Below, piece by piece: positions 31,304 to 42,465 of a stretch of DNA of 59,856 bases (within the stretch, counting starts at the first letter, position 1; each line of letters opens with the position of its first letter). The DNA is from Chrysochromulina tobinii (Eukaryota), in NCBI GenBank assembly GCA_001275005.1, contig JWZX01003346.1:1-59856 (forward strand), in the 5' to 3' direction. The translations under genes and the position numbers were made by a program. The notes beneath the pieces were generated by a model. That model worked only from the letters and a program-made list of their open reading frames with translations. It was not told the DNA's origin and ran no database searches.

Positions 31304-32051
31304 ATGAGCGCCCTCACACGAGCGACCGCGGCCGCCGCGATGACGTCCATTCTCGCCTCTGCGTCGATAATCTCGCTCGGAGCCCTTGCCCGCCGCTGGT
31401 CGCTCCTGTCGGATCCCACGAGCAAGCAGCTGAGCGCCTTGCAGTCGACGCTGCTCGAGCCGCTGCTGGCCTTCTCATCGCTCTGCTCGCTCACGACGGA
31501 TGACCTCTACGCGAGCGGGCCTTTCCTGATGTGGCCGCTTGTGCACGCCGTGATCGGCCTCTGCCTCGCGTCGCTGCTGTTGCCGCGCTCGCCCCGGCGC
31601 GGTGCCGCCCTCGTGTGCGCCACCTTTGGCAACGCCGGCGCGCTGCCGACGGCGCTCATCCCTACGCTGCTGAGCGGCGGCGGTGTGGCGCAGGCGATGC
31701 TCTTCGTCCAGGTGTACCTGGCCACGTGGCGGCTGCTGCTCTGGTCGCTGGCGCCCGCGCTGCTCGCAAGCTCGCGGCCCCAAAAGCGCGACGATGACGG
31801 GCCGTCGACACCAACGACAGAGTCCCTGGGTCAGGGGCTGCTGCGCTTGCTGCTGCCACCTCCGAGCGTCGGCTCTATTTGTGGCCTCTCGCTCGCCTTC
31901 GCGCCCACCCTCGTGCGCGCACTCCTGCTCGACGGACCCCTCAAGTTTGCCTTATCAGCCGCCAAGTCGGCGGGCGGTGCAGGCCCGCCTCTCGTCCTGA
32001 TCAACCTCGGGTATTCTCTGAGTGGTGTCGGTGGCGGCGGCGGCGGCAGCG

Positions 32052-32097
<46 letters not shown>

Positions 32098-32419
32098 CGG
32101 CGCCCTGGGCCGCGGCGCCGCGTTCACAGCGTACGAGGTGGGTGTCGTGGCGGTGGTCAAGCTCCTGCTGCTGCCTGGAGTGCACCTGATCCTCTCGGCG
32201 ATCGTGCACCCGATCGAGCCCGGCGAGATGAGTCGAGATCGCGATCCGTTCCACCTGGTGCTCCTGCTACAGGCCTGCATGCCTGCGGCGGTCTCTGTTC
32301 AAGCGATCTTCCATCGCGAGGGTGTGGACACCAGGCCTCTTGGGCCGATGATGCTCACGCAGTATGCGCTCGCGGCGCCTACCATCGTCGCCATCATTGT
32401 CCTCGCGGCGTCCTTATAA
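31304..32419 (+). CDS. Auxin-efflux-carrier (PILS/AEC, Mem_trans) family transporter
   Basis: About 10 TM segments, CATFGNAGALP, PP crossover motifs and LLQACMPAA. Confidence 0.8.
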
Positions 32420-32549
32420 GTTATAACGGATGGCTGGCCTTTGAAGTGCGGGGGGGTGCCGTTTCATTCACACCGTTTTCAAAAGGTTCAAGTTGCGAAA
32501 CTTTTGGCTGCCCGAGCATCGAGTGGCCCGAGAAAACGTGCGATTCGGG

Positions 32550-33311
32550 ATGTCTATCAACCCCAACAAGCGAAAGCCAGAGCCAGAGAACGAGCTGGCC
32601 ACCCACGCCAAGCGCAGCACAGCAGCGGCTGACTTCTCCGGCATTCGGCTGCCAGTCGAGGACCTCATGGCGGTGCTGCGTGCCGACGCGGGCCTCCAGC
32701 CCGCAGATTGGGATCGCCTGCAGGACTTGCACGGGCAGTACGATGCCGGCACCTTGAGCCGCCGCGATTTCGTAGACAACATGGCGGCCATCATCGGCAG
32801 CACGAACAAACTCTTCACCATGGTGAAGATGGCCCTCTCCAAGAGTGCGAGCGTCGCTGCCCTTGGTGCTGACGCAATATTGCCGCTCCGGCGCATCGCG
32901 TTGCAGCGTATGTCCTCGACGACGAGCAGTGCGTCGAGCTCATCCACGCCGGGCGGCCACGAGGTCGCCTCTATCCTCGGCCCGAATCGGCCGCCGTCCT
33001 CGTCGCGCACGCGCTCCGGCCCGGGAGTCGCGTCTCCGTCTACACCTGCGATCCACACTCTCGTGCACTCGTTCCATTGCGACGACGACGACTGCGATAG
33101 GCCCAAGTGCCGCGAGCTCAAGCTTGTGCTCAAGCGCATGGAGGCCCATGTCGGCACCTGCCCGGCCTGGCGCACGCCTCTCGGAGTGCCTGTGAAGGAG
33201 TGCAAGACCTGCCGGCTGTGGAAGACCCTCACGCGCACGGTCGACACGCGCAACCGGGCCACGCAGCCGCAGGAAGTGCGCTCCTCGAGCCCGGCCTCCA
33301 CGCTGCACTAG
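32550..33311 (+). CDS. RST-like domain plus TAZ-type zinc-finger protein
   Basis: LMAVLR...DRLQDLHGQYDAGTLSRRDFVDNMAAIIG is RST-like. HTLVHSFHCDDDDCDRPKC...HVGTC...CKTC is TAZ-like. Confidence 0.65.
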   Translation: MSINPNKRKPEPENELATHAKRSTAAADFSGIRLPVEDLMAVLRADAGLQPADWDRLQDLHGQYDAGTLSRRDFVDNMAAIIGSTNKLFTMVKMALSKSASVAALGADAILPLRRIALQRMSSTTSSASSSSTPGGHEVASILGPNRPPSSSRTRSGPGVASPSTPAIHTLVHSFHCDDDDCDRPKCRELKLVLKRMEAHVGTCPAWRTPLGVPVKECKTCRLWKTLTRTVDTRNRATQPQEVRSSSPASTLH

Positions 33312-33966
33312 TCTCGCACCGGCACGGCGTGCTCGCAGCCACGCCGATATCGGCAGACTTTGTCGAGTCGTTGCATCTCGCACCGGAGATCGAGGTGTCG
33401 CCCAAATTTTGGGGGCAGCGCCGGCCACTCACGGGATGAAATACACGCAGACCCGCTCGGCATCGGGGCCCGCGCGCATGGTAGCCCAGCTCGCTCGACA
33501 GCACTCGTTGCTGGAGCCAGTTTGGCATGTTCAGCATGCGGTTACACGAGAGTACTCCCCTATACCGCCGACACGCGAAAGCGCCGATCGGAGGCTTGAA
33601 CCGGCGGGACGCGCGCGCCGCGGCCGCCGCACGACGTTCGCGGTTCGGTTACGAAGCATGTAAGTCTACGAAGTCATACGTACAGAACGAGACAGGTACT
33701 CCACGAGAAACCGCGGAAACGATTATATCGGGCCGCCGGCGCGCCGGGCCACCCCGGCGGGCGGGTGGCTACCGCGGTCCGCGCGTACCGCCGAAACCGA
33801 TGAAAACCGGTCGACTTAAATTTCGTATAACAACCGGTGTATTCGCCGGGCTGCGGGTATAGGGGGTACGTGCCGGTTCGGCCTGACGCATGCCTCGTGG
33901 CGTGGCTTGAATCTCTCCTGTCCCATTGTTTTGACGACGCTTCGGTGGCTCGGTGCACTTTGCTCT

Positions 33967-35412
33967 TCAGCTGATCCGTGTGAGCTCCTGCCGCCCCCAT
34001 CCTTTGAACGTGGTGCCACGCAGGTCGTCGTGCCGGAACTGCGCGATCATTTGCTCGCGCAGCCTAGCGGAGCGCTGCACCTCGGCCTTCTGCATCATGA
34101 CGGCCGAGCGCTCACCTCGAGCCGCTTTAATCGCCAAGTTGCAGTTTTGGCGCGCGGTGTCTTCGCGCTCCAGGGCGATGCGCAGCACCTCGTGCGTGGG
34201 CTCGTCCTTCAGCCGCGTGACAGCCGTGCGGTTGGTCGCGTGGACCACCTCGTAACGCGCGTGGTAATGGCCGCCCAGCGCGTCGTACACCTCCTCGAGC
34301 AGCCTCTGTTGATGCTCCAACTGCTCTTGATGGCCCGCGAGGTTCTGGTAGCCGAGAATCGCTATCTCCTCGAGCTCTTGCAGCGCCTCCACCACCGGTT
34401 TGTTCACCATCTCGCGCCTCCGGCGCTCCTTGCGCTGGCGGTGCAACTCGGCCTCGATCTGCGCCTCAAGCTCGTCGCGCTCGGGCGAGCGCCCAAGCTC
34501 GACACGCAGTCGCTTCTCTGCCGCACTAGCTGCGGCCGCGCGGTCGGCCGCACGTCGCGCATTGACGGCCGACTTGGCGAGCGACTTGGCGAGCGGCTGA
34601 TCCGAGGACCCGCCTTGTTCCTCCGCTGCTGCTGGCAGGATATCTTCGCTCAAGCTCGGATTGAGCTGGATGCTCTTGCGCACCGAAAGTACGATTGCTT
34701 CCACCTCTCCTCTCGTGCCCTTCACTATGGCGAGCGCCTGCCCGACCTTGCGCGTCATCTTTTGCATCGTGTCGCCGACCTCAGCGAGCTCCTTGTGAAG
34801 CTGCATCGACGACTTGGCGCTTCGAGGAGTGAGCGGCGCGGCCATTGAGCCGGGAGCGCGGCCTTCGGGCGAGGGCAAAAGCGATGTTGGGCTGAGGCTT
34901 CGCGCGTCGCTGTACGGCGTGGAGCGCGGGCGTGGTGGAGAAGGCGCCCGAACCGGCGCCGGTGGTGCTGTGGCCTTTGGCTCTGGCTTTGTAGGCCCCA
35001 ATGTTTCTCCGCCACGCTGCCGCAACGTGGCGGCCTGGGTGGGCGCAGGATTCTGATTAATGTTGCGCAGCTCTTCCTCCTCCGCCTCCGTGTCCTCCGG
35101 CTGTCTGCGCACGGTGAGCACGACGTCGGCACAGGCCTCACGCAGCATTCGGAGCACCCCATCGCGGTCAATGTCGGTTTGGCCGTCGACGGCCATCACC
35201 GCGTCGTCCGGGCGCAGACCCGCAGCATAGGCGGGGCCGCTGGGGTCGACATCGGCGACGACGGCTCGTGGGTCGCCGGAGGACGTCACCAGGTGATCAT
35301 AGTCCCAAAGATCGTCCTCGTCGAACTCAACGTCGTCCAAGAAGCGCAGCCGGAGAGGCTCTTTGGCGCCAGAGGAGCGATGGATGGTGAGCTTATGCGC
35401 GACCGGACGCAT
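33967..35412 (-). CDS. PDZ-domain plus coiled-coil protein
   Basis: PDZ motif VVADVDPSGPAYAAGLRPDDAVMAVDG followed by a long coiled coil. Confidence 0.8.
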   Translation of the reverse strand: MRPVAHKLTIHRSSGAKEPLRLRFLDDVEFDEDDLWDYDHLVTSSGDPRAVVADVDPSGPAYAAGLRPDDAVMAVDGQTDIDRDGVLRMLREACADVVLTVRRQPEDTEAEEEELRNINQNPAPTQAATLRQRGGETLGPTKPEPKATAPPAPVRAPSPPRPRSTPYSDARSLSPTSLLPSPEGRAPGSMAAPLTPRSAKSSMQLHKELAEVGDTMQKMTRKVGQALAIVKGTRGEVEAIVLSVRKSIQLNPSLSEDILPAAAEEQGGSSDQPLAKSLAKSAVNARRAADRAAAASAAEKRLRVELGRSPERDELEAQIEAELHRQRKERRRREMVNKPVVEALQELEEIAILGYQNLAGHQEQLEHQQRLLEEVYDALGGHYHARYEVVHATNRTAVTRLKDEPTHEVLRIALEREDTARQNCNLAIKAARGERSAVMMQKAEVQRSARLREQMIAQFRHDDLRGTTFKGWGRQELTRIS

Positions 35413-35721
35413 TGGGGCTCAGAATTCCTCACGCCGCGCAGCGCAGCGCGCTGCGATCATACTGGTACCGGTTCAAAAACACCGGGGTTCTTATCAGTTC
35501 ACCGTTTCCGATGTGATGGATCCTGAGGCCAGACTACAAATCGCAAGCTCCTGTTTCGTCCTTCGTGTCGACCGTGAACGCTTGCTTTTCAAGGTTGCAG
35601 CCGCCGCCGCCGCGTCACATCTCACAAAATGTGGTGCCCCCTTAGCCTTTCGTGGTGACCCTAGTGCGTGCTCACTCACTTCTACTTCTGTGTGCTCACT
35701 CAAATCCCCACGCAGCGCACC

Positions 35722-36912
35722 ATGGCGTGCTGCCCCTTATACGCCGTTCAAACGAGCAGTGTGAAAATCATTGAGACTTGTGGTGCATTCAAAACAATCG
35801 CACGCCCCGGCTTGAACTGCTTGATCCCGTTCGTCGACAACATCGCGACCACCGTTTCGATGCGCCTCCAGCAGATGGAAATCGCCTGCGAAACGAAGTC
35901 CAGGGATAACGTACGCGTCGCAGAAAAGGAGATGGCGTGTGAATGCGCTGCCGCCGATGCGGACGCTGACCGCCGCCGCCGCTTCGCCGCCGCAACTCTG
36001 CCCCCGCAGGTGTTCTTGACCATCCGCGTCGCCATCCAGTACCAGGTCATCGCCAACGACGATGCGATCAAAGCCTCGTACTACCGTCTGACCAACCCGA
36101 AGCAGCAGGTCGAGTCGTACGTGTACGACGTCATCCGGTCGACGGTGCCCAAAATCAACTTGGACGACGGTGCGGCGACTTACCATAGATGGAACCGACC
36201 CCACCCGCTCACTCACGCTTGCCCCGCCGCCTTCGAACCACGCCACCGCGTGGGTGGAACGCTCCGACCCTCCCCCGCCTCTCAATACCCCCCGTCGTGC
36301 TTAGCGAGTCGTGCCTCGTGCTCGCCGCCGCGCCGCAGTGTTCACAACCAAGGAAGAGGTGGCGGCCGACATCCTCGAGAACCTCAGGGAGGCGATGAAG
36401 GACTTCGGCTACGAGATCCTCAGCACGCCCATCACGGACATCGACCCCAACCGAGAGGTCAAGAACGCGATGAATGAGATCAACAAACAGAAGCGGTTGC
36501 GCGTCGCGGCAGAGGACGAGGGCGAAGCCGTCAAGATTCGCTCGATTAAGGAGGCCGAGGCCGAGGCCCAACGCACGGAGATCACAGCTCATGCGGAGGC
36601 CCGAAGCCCAAGTACCTTCACGGCCAGGGCATCAGCCGCCAGCGCCAGGCTGTCATGGAGGGTCTGCGCGAGTCGTGCGCCGCGTTCCATGATGAGATCA
36701 AGAGCATTGATCCGAAGACGGTGCTCGACCTGATGGTTGTCACGTCGTACTTCGACATGATGAAGGATCTGGGCGCCCACGATAAGACGAGCGCCGTCTT
36801 CATGAACCACTCGCCCGGCGCACTGGAGGACCTCGCGGGAGCGGTCTCAAAAGGTTTCATGACGGGCCTGCCGGCCGCGCCGGGATTTGCGCAGCCGATG
36901 GGCCGACGCTGA
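35722..36912 (+). CDS. SPFH/band-7 hypersensitive-induced-response (HIR)-like protein, copy 1 (two apparent 1-nt insertions)
   Basis: CETKSRDNVF, YVYDVIRSTVPKINLDD, ITDIDP, RQRQAV and YFDMMKDLG. Introns 35911-36009 and 36170-36338. Extra C in runs at 36600-36602 and 36607-36609 breaks AEAKYL. Confidence 0.85.
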
Positions 36913-37515
36913 GTTCGCCGCCGCCCCGAGGAATCGTGACGCCCATCTGCGAATCGTGGCTGCTCCGCGAACCGAATCGTGAACATCAGAATGTACCCAT
37001 GAATGTACTGCTCTGGGTCGGGACCGCACTGGGTGGCGCCGCGCGGGACACGGGGCGCGCGCGCGCGGCGCGCCGGCCCGGCCCTTATAGCTACGAGTTG
37101 GGGGCGCGCGGCGGACCGTGCGTGGTTTTGTGATCCATGATGAATCTTGTACTAGGTCTTTCCATCCTCTTCTGCCCCACTTGAAGTCTTCTTACTACAT
37201 GGAACATGCTATGTATGGAACATGCTTATAGTCTTCCTTGAACATAAATTATCGGGGTCGTAGCTACTACGCTGAGAGGTTTCCGCCGCCGGCTTGCGTG
37301 TTCGGCGCCGGCGTCCGGTCGCGTAGGTCCCGCGCCACCGGCCCCTCAGGCTCAGCGACAGCCGACACGACGCCACACCAAAATGGCCCTTGGTCCGTTG
37401 GTCGCCACGGGTACACGCACCAACTGCCGACATCAAAATTTGGAGTTGCGGGACCTGCTTCGTCTCGCCACTCGCGCGTCTGAGAGCGTCGCTGCGCCGC
37501 GCGAGTCGCGGCTGA

Positions 37516-38714
37516 TCATCGCGACATGAAGCCGCGGCTGACGGACTGAGTCAGATCCGCAAGCGACGAGGGCGAATGGTTGAGGAAGAGGGCGTTCGAC
37601 CTGGATTCCTTGCCAATCGACTGCATCATGTCGAAGTACTGCGTGACAATCATCAGGTCGAGCACTTGCTTTGGGTCAATCCCCTCGATCTCGCGCCCAA
37701 ACGCATTGACGGACTCGCGCAGGCCGCTCATGATGGCCTGACGCTGGCGTGCAAGGCCCACGCCAGCCAGGTACAGGGCCTCGGCGTCCGCCTTGGCGTG
37801 GATCTCGATCGACCTCGCACTCGCTTCGGCATCCTTAATGGCGCGCGTCTTCTTGGCCTCCCCTTCATCGCCCGCGGCCTCTTTGACGCGCCTGGCCTTA
37901 TTGATCTGGTTCATCGCGTTCTTGACCTCGACCGCGGGCTCGATGGCGGTGATGGGTGTGGCAAGGATCTCGTACCCAAACGAGCCGAAGTTCTCCTTGA
38001 GGTTTTCGGCCACCTGCTTCGCAGTCTCATCCTTCTCGAGGAAGACGTTGTCCAGGTCGAGTTTGGGCACGGTTGAGCGCACGACGTCATACACGTACGC
38101 CTGGATCTGGCGGTGGGGATCGGAGAGGCGGTAGTAGGCACTGTGCATCGCCGCCTCCTCCTTTTTGATCTGGTACTGGATGGACACCTGCAAGGCGAGT
38201 GACGATCGGTGGCAGCGCGAGGTAAAGAAGACCTCGGGAAGAGTAGAAGGAGACGCCCGCTTGCGTGCGTGGGGCGCGCGCTTGCGACTGGCTCGCGTGG
38301 CGCCTCTGCCCACTGCCACCTCGTGAGGATCGATAGGGCGCACATGACCGCCGTGCACCGATCACCAAGCGCACCTCGATGTTTGTGAAGACGTTGTCCT
38401 TCGTCTTTGTTTCGCACGTGACTTTGATCTGCTGCAGACGCATCGATACGTGATTGGAGGCCTCGTCGACGCAGCAAATCACAAAACTCAGCCCAGGCTG
38501 CATGATGTATGTAAATGCGCCGCATCGCTCCACCATGCGCACATTGCCCGTCTCAGTGCAAACCGGGTAGCACACCTGGGAAGCAAGTGGTGAGGGGTGG
38601 CGAGGGTGAGCGGCGCGCGGAATGTTGCACCTGAGTGCGCTTCCATGTTGGCTGCATCGCCAGGCACGAGCACAGCGGCCTGCAAGACTGCACGGGGGCA
38701 GCGCTCCTCACCAT
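37516..38714 (-). CDS. SPFH/band-7 HIR-like protein, copy 2; exons 38714-38712 (ATG only, tentative), 38575-38375, 38187-37516
   Basis: CETKTKDNVF, YVYDVVRSTVPKLDLD, GVGLARQRQAI and TQYFDMM. Phase-0 GT-AG introns. Confidence 0.85.
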
Positions 38715-38961
38715 CCCTGGCAGGGAAGCAGCAGAGGTGGCTTTCCGACGAAGCCATTTTGCGAGCACTGTTTGGCAACACAGGCAACAGAAAGCCACCC
38801 CCTTGTTTCAGCTTGCCTCACGACACTGATTCTGTGAAGATGCGCTCACCAAGGCGCAACGAATCGGAAAGCCCACGACAAAAGCGTGGTCACGCCGCGT
38901 CTCGTCTCCTCGCCATTCAATCTACAAACTCAAGTCGACAGGTTCGCCTCCTTCTCTACGT

Positions 38962-39288
38962 ATGAAGGCAATCACAATTTTACTGGCCTCATTTGCTTCC
39001 ACCGGAGCAGCAATCATTCTCCAACCAGCGGTGACTCCAACCAGAGTCATCATGATGAGTGCTAGCAAAGATGGCAAAGATGGCAAAGACGGAAAAGACG
39101 GCGATAATAGGTTTATGAAGTTCATGCGGATGGCGGTGACAGGTTCCCCGGACGGCGTAAGCCTCCTGGGAAAGCCTCAGATTGATTGGATGACAGGCAA
39201 ACCCCTGAGCAAGCCGCGCGGGTATGACTGGAATGCTTCCTCCAAAGCCAAAGCCGGACGGGATGACAACCAGAAGAAAAAGGGATGA
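38962..39288 (+). CDS. Small signal-peptide protein, possibly plastid-targeted
   Basis: Signal peptide MKAITILLASFASTGAA, a transit-like region and KDG repeats. Confidence 0.55.
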   Translation: MKAITILLASFASTGAAIILQPAVTPTRVIMMSASKDGKDGKDGKDGDNRFMKFMRMAVTGSPDGVSLLGKPQIDWMTGKPLSKPRGYDWNASSKAKAGRDDNQKKKG

Positions 39289-39794
39289 GCCGTATCTACC
39301 CGGTAAGCAGAGACAGGGCCAAGAGCCGCTATGATTGAAGTTGCTCGCCTGCGACCGCACACAGTTGAGGTGCTGCCTGCATTCTGTGTAACGTACGGTT
39401 TTCCCACCCCATCTATTACTAGAGTAGCAGTAGGTTTTTATTATCATCCAATAGGGTGAGCGTCCGCTCAACCTCAAGAGCCGGGAGTTTCAAACTGGTG
39501 CTCACGCTCAGTGTCGAGAGGTTAACTGGTGTGACACATTTAACACGCCCCTGGTTTTGCAGATGCAGTGTATGGCGTGTGCGTCGCCATATCAATCTTC
39601 AATGCGTGCCGCACTACGTAGTATTGCTTGAGTGCTTGAGGTTGCTCCTGTGAATTCAGCTCGCAACAACATGGACGCTTCACGAACCTGAACCTACAAC
39701 TTCGTCACAACCGCCATGTTTGCGTTCGTCCACAAAGACGCGCAGCAAAGCGGTCAGGGACGAAGAGGCTCTTTTTCGGGGGTCTTGGCTCTTA

Positions 39795-41586
39795 ATGCCA
39801 AGTAAGAGCGCCTCGCCGCGGTCGTCACCTCCGCCGACGCCGGCCAACAGGCTGAGCACGTCGCCCAAGGGACCCGTGGCCAAAGGGACCACCGTCACCC
39901 GTTATCGATGCGGCTTCCCTGGCTGCAACAAGCGCTATGCCTCAACAGACGGTGAGTGTTGCCCAAGCAGGGGCCCTGGCATCCCTGGCGTGGGAGGCGC
40001 GCGCGCCTGCTGGCAAGGTGCTGGTGATTCGCTGAGTGCCGGGGCTTCTCTGGGCGCCTCGCTTCTTGCGAGTGGCTGTGGCCGCCGCGCTGGCGTTCCC
40101 GGGATCCTGTCTCCAGGGAGGACAGTGCATGTGGCGTGTGCAAGGGCTCTTGCCTGACCTACTCCCGCGTGCGTGCCCGTCCTCCCCTGCCTCCCCCCCC
40201 GGGCTCTCCAACGCAGGCGTGCGCAAGCACGCGCGCAAGACGCACATGGCCTGGCTCAAGTCCACCGACGAGGCCGCGGGCTCGCGCGATCGGCAGTACG
40301 AATCCAAGCCCTCGACCTATTGCACCATGGAGCTCGTGGATGCGGATGAAGCGGAGGCGGAGAGCCAGGAGCCAAGCCCGGCGCTTCTGCCCATGCCCAT
40401 GCCCACCATGGTCGACATCCCCGCGCTCAGCTTACGGGTGCCCGCCGAGCCCCCGACGGGATTCTATCCTTGCGGCGTGCCGGCGATGCCGTTACCTGAG
40501 GGGTCGTCGGTGACGGCGCGCGGGTCGGCGGAGGCGAACGCGGTGACAATGGCGCAGGTGATGGCGCAGGTGACGGCCGCATCGGCGATCGTCCATGGTG
40601 GTGCGCCGCCCCCGCCCCTCGCCTGGCTCTTCTCGCACAGCGTGGCGATGCAGGCGCTTGCGCAAGCGCACGGGAGTCATGTACACGCGAGCAATGTGCA
40701 CGCGAGCAATCTATCGTCGTCGTCGCCGCCGCCGCATTCACACGCCGCCGCCGCCGCCGCCGCCACCTTTGCCGCCGCCGCCGCCGCCGCCGCCGCTGCT
40801 CAAGGAGGTGCGCCGCTACCCTCGGCCCTCCCCCCCCTACCCGCCCTCCCCCCCCAATGGACGGCAGCGCACGAGCTGCTCGCGGCGCATTTGGCAGCCG
40901 GGCAGCTGGCGAGCTACCCCGCAGCCGTCATGGCTGGCGCCCTCGGGAGCGGCTGCGGCGCCGGCGTTGGTGCCGGCGCCGGCGTCGGTGCCTATGGCGC
41001 TTGCGCTGGCTTTGGTGCTGGCTTCGGCGGCTTTGGCGCCGGCTTCGGCGGGGGCGCACCAAGCATGGGCCCGGCTTCACACAGCGTCTTCACACCAAGC
41101 ATGGGCCCGGCTTCGCCGATGGCGGCGCCAGGCAACTGGGACGATTTGGACGAGCTGTTTGCGCGTGCGACGGACGGGAACAGGAGGGAAGTCGACGAGG
41201 ACCGGGAGGAGGCGGACGACGAGGACCGCGACCGACCGGGCGATCCGCTGTGCCTCTCGCCCCCCCTGGCCTCCGCCATGGCGGCTGTGAGGGTCGACGG
41301 CGCCATGTCGCCGTTTGATCTTGAGAGCGAGAGCGCAAAAGCGCGAGCGGAGCGGCCGACGGTGCCGGCCTCGCAGTCGGCCTCGCCGCAAACGACGATG
41401 ATCATCGGCCTCGAAAGTCCGGCTGTGCCGGCGCTTCCGACGAAGCTGGCCGTAGGCGGCTTCTCGCCCACGCCACCGGCGCCAGCCGCCCCTTCGGCCG
41501 AAGAGCTGATAGAGGACGGCCTGGGGAGCGAGGTCAACTACACCGACTTCCTCGAAACGCTCCTCACTGTGGAACCTGTCGTCTGA
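39795..41586 (+). CDS. C2H2 zinc-finger transcription factor; exons 39795-39951, 40217-41586
   Basis: Splicing 39952-40216 (gtgagt...gcag) gives YRCGFPGCNKRYASTDGVRKHARKTH, followed by an Ala/Pro/Gly-rich tail. Confidence 0.85.
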
Positions 41587-42465
41587 GGTGGGCAACGCCG
41601 GCTGTGGGGACAACAGGAGGGGACAAGTGGCGCCCCTCTGCCGCCCCCCTCCCACTGCGTCCCACTATACCCAATTCGTCCCCCTCGTCGCCTCCTTCTG
41701 CCTCCCTCCGCCCTCGTCGGCTCCGACACACCGTCCGCCCTTCGGCGTGTGAATGGGAGCCATCTGTGAACGCTTCTCTGGCGCTACGTGCCCCTGTGTA
41801 ATGTACCTTCTGCCCGCCCGTCGGCAGCCGAGGCATCACCCCTTGCCTGTGTGCCTCTGTACCATTCAAGGCATTCACGTTGGCGCCCCGGGGCTCTTGG
41901 CCTCGTCGCCGCCGCGTGCGTGCCCCCCTGCCGTCGTTGATCGCGTGTGAATGGGTTCATCGTCCCCCGCATCCTCCGCGCCCGGTTGGTGTAGCTTATC
42001 GGTCTCCAGTCTCTCATGTTCGAGTAAACAACAACACAGTGTGTGATACCATGCCGAACATGCGTGTTAAACAAGTTTGAAGTAGTCGTCATGACTCATG
42101 TCGATTATATATTTGATTGATCCGGATACGAAGAAGCGTCTCAGAGTCAGACGCGCGTTATATACAACGCAGTACGCACTGTATGCCGGACTGACGACTG
42201 ACCACTCTGACAACCGCACTGCGGAACCGCCATGGGAACCTCACAGCATGAAATTTTTCGAATCCGGGAGACCGGAAATTTTTCGGATCGTATCCCCGTC
42301 CACCGCCGGCCTCTCGGGTCGGCGCGGGTCCCTCGACCCTCGTCGCGCGCGGTGTCGTCCCCGACCACCGCGTCGCCGCCATTGCATCCCGGGTCCGTCC
42401 ATGCCCAGGGTGCCGCTGACTGTCCCCCGTTCTCGACGCTCAGGTCTTGCCTCCACTACCGAACG

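Noticed and set aside
33600..33870. GC-rich quasi-palindromic intergenic stretches (also about 37030-37270 and 42240-42300) as MITEs or ncRNA
   Set aside because: No clear terminal inverted repeats, target duplications or recognisable RNA family could be defined by eye.
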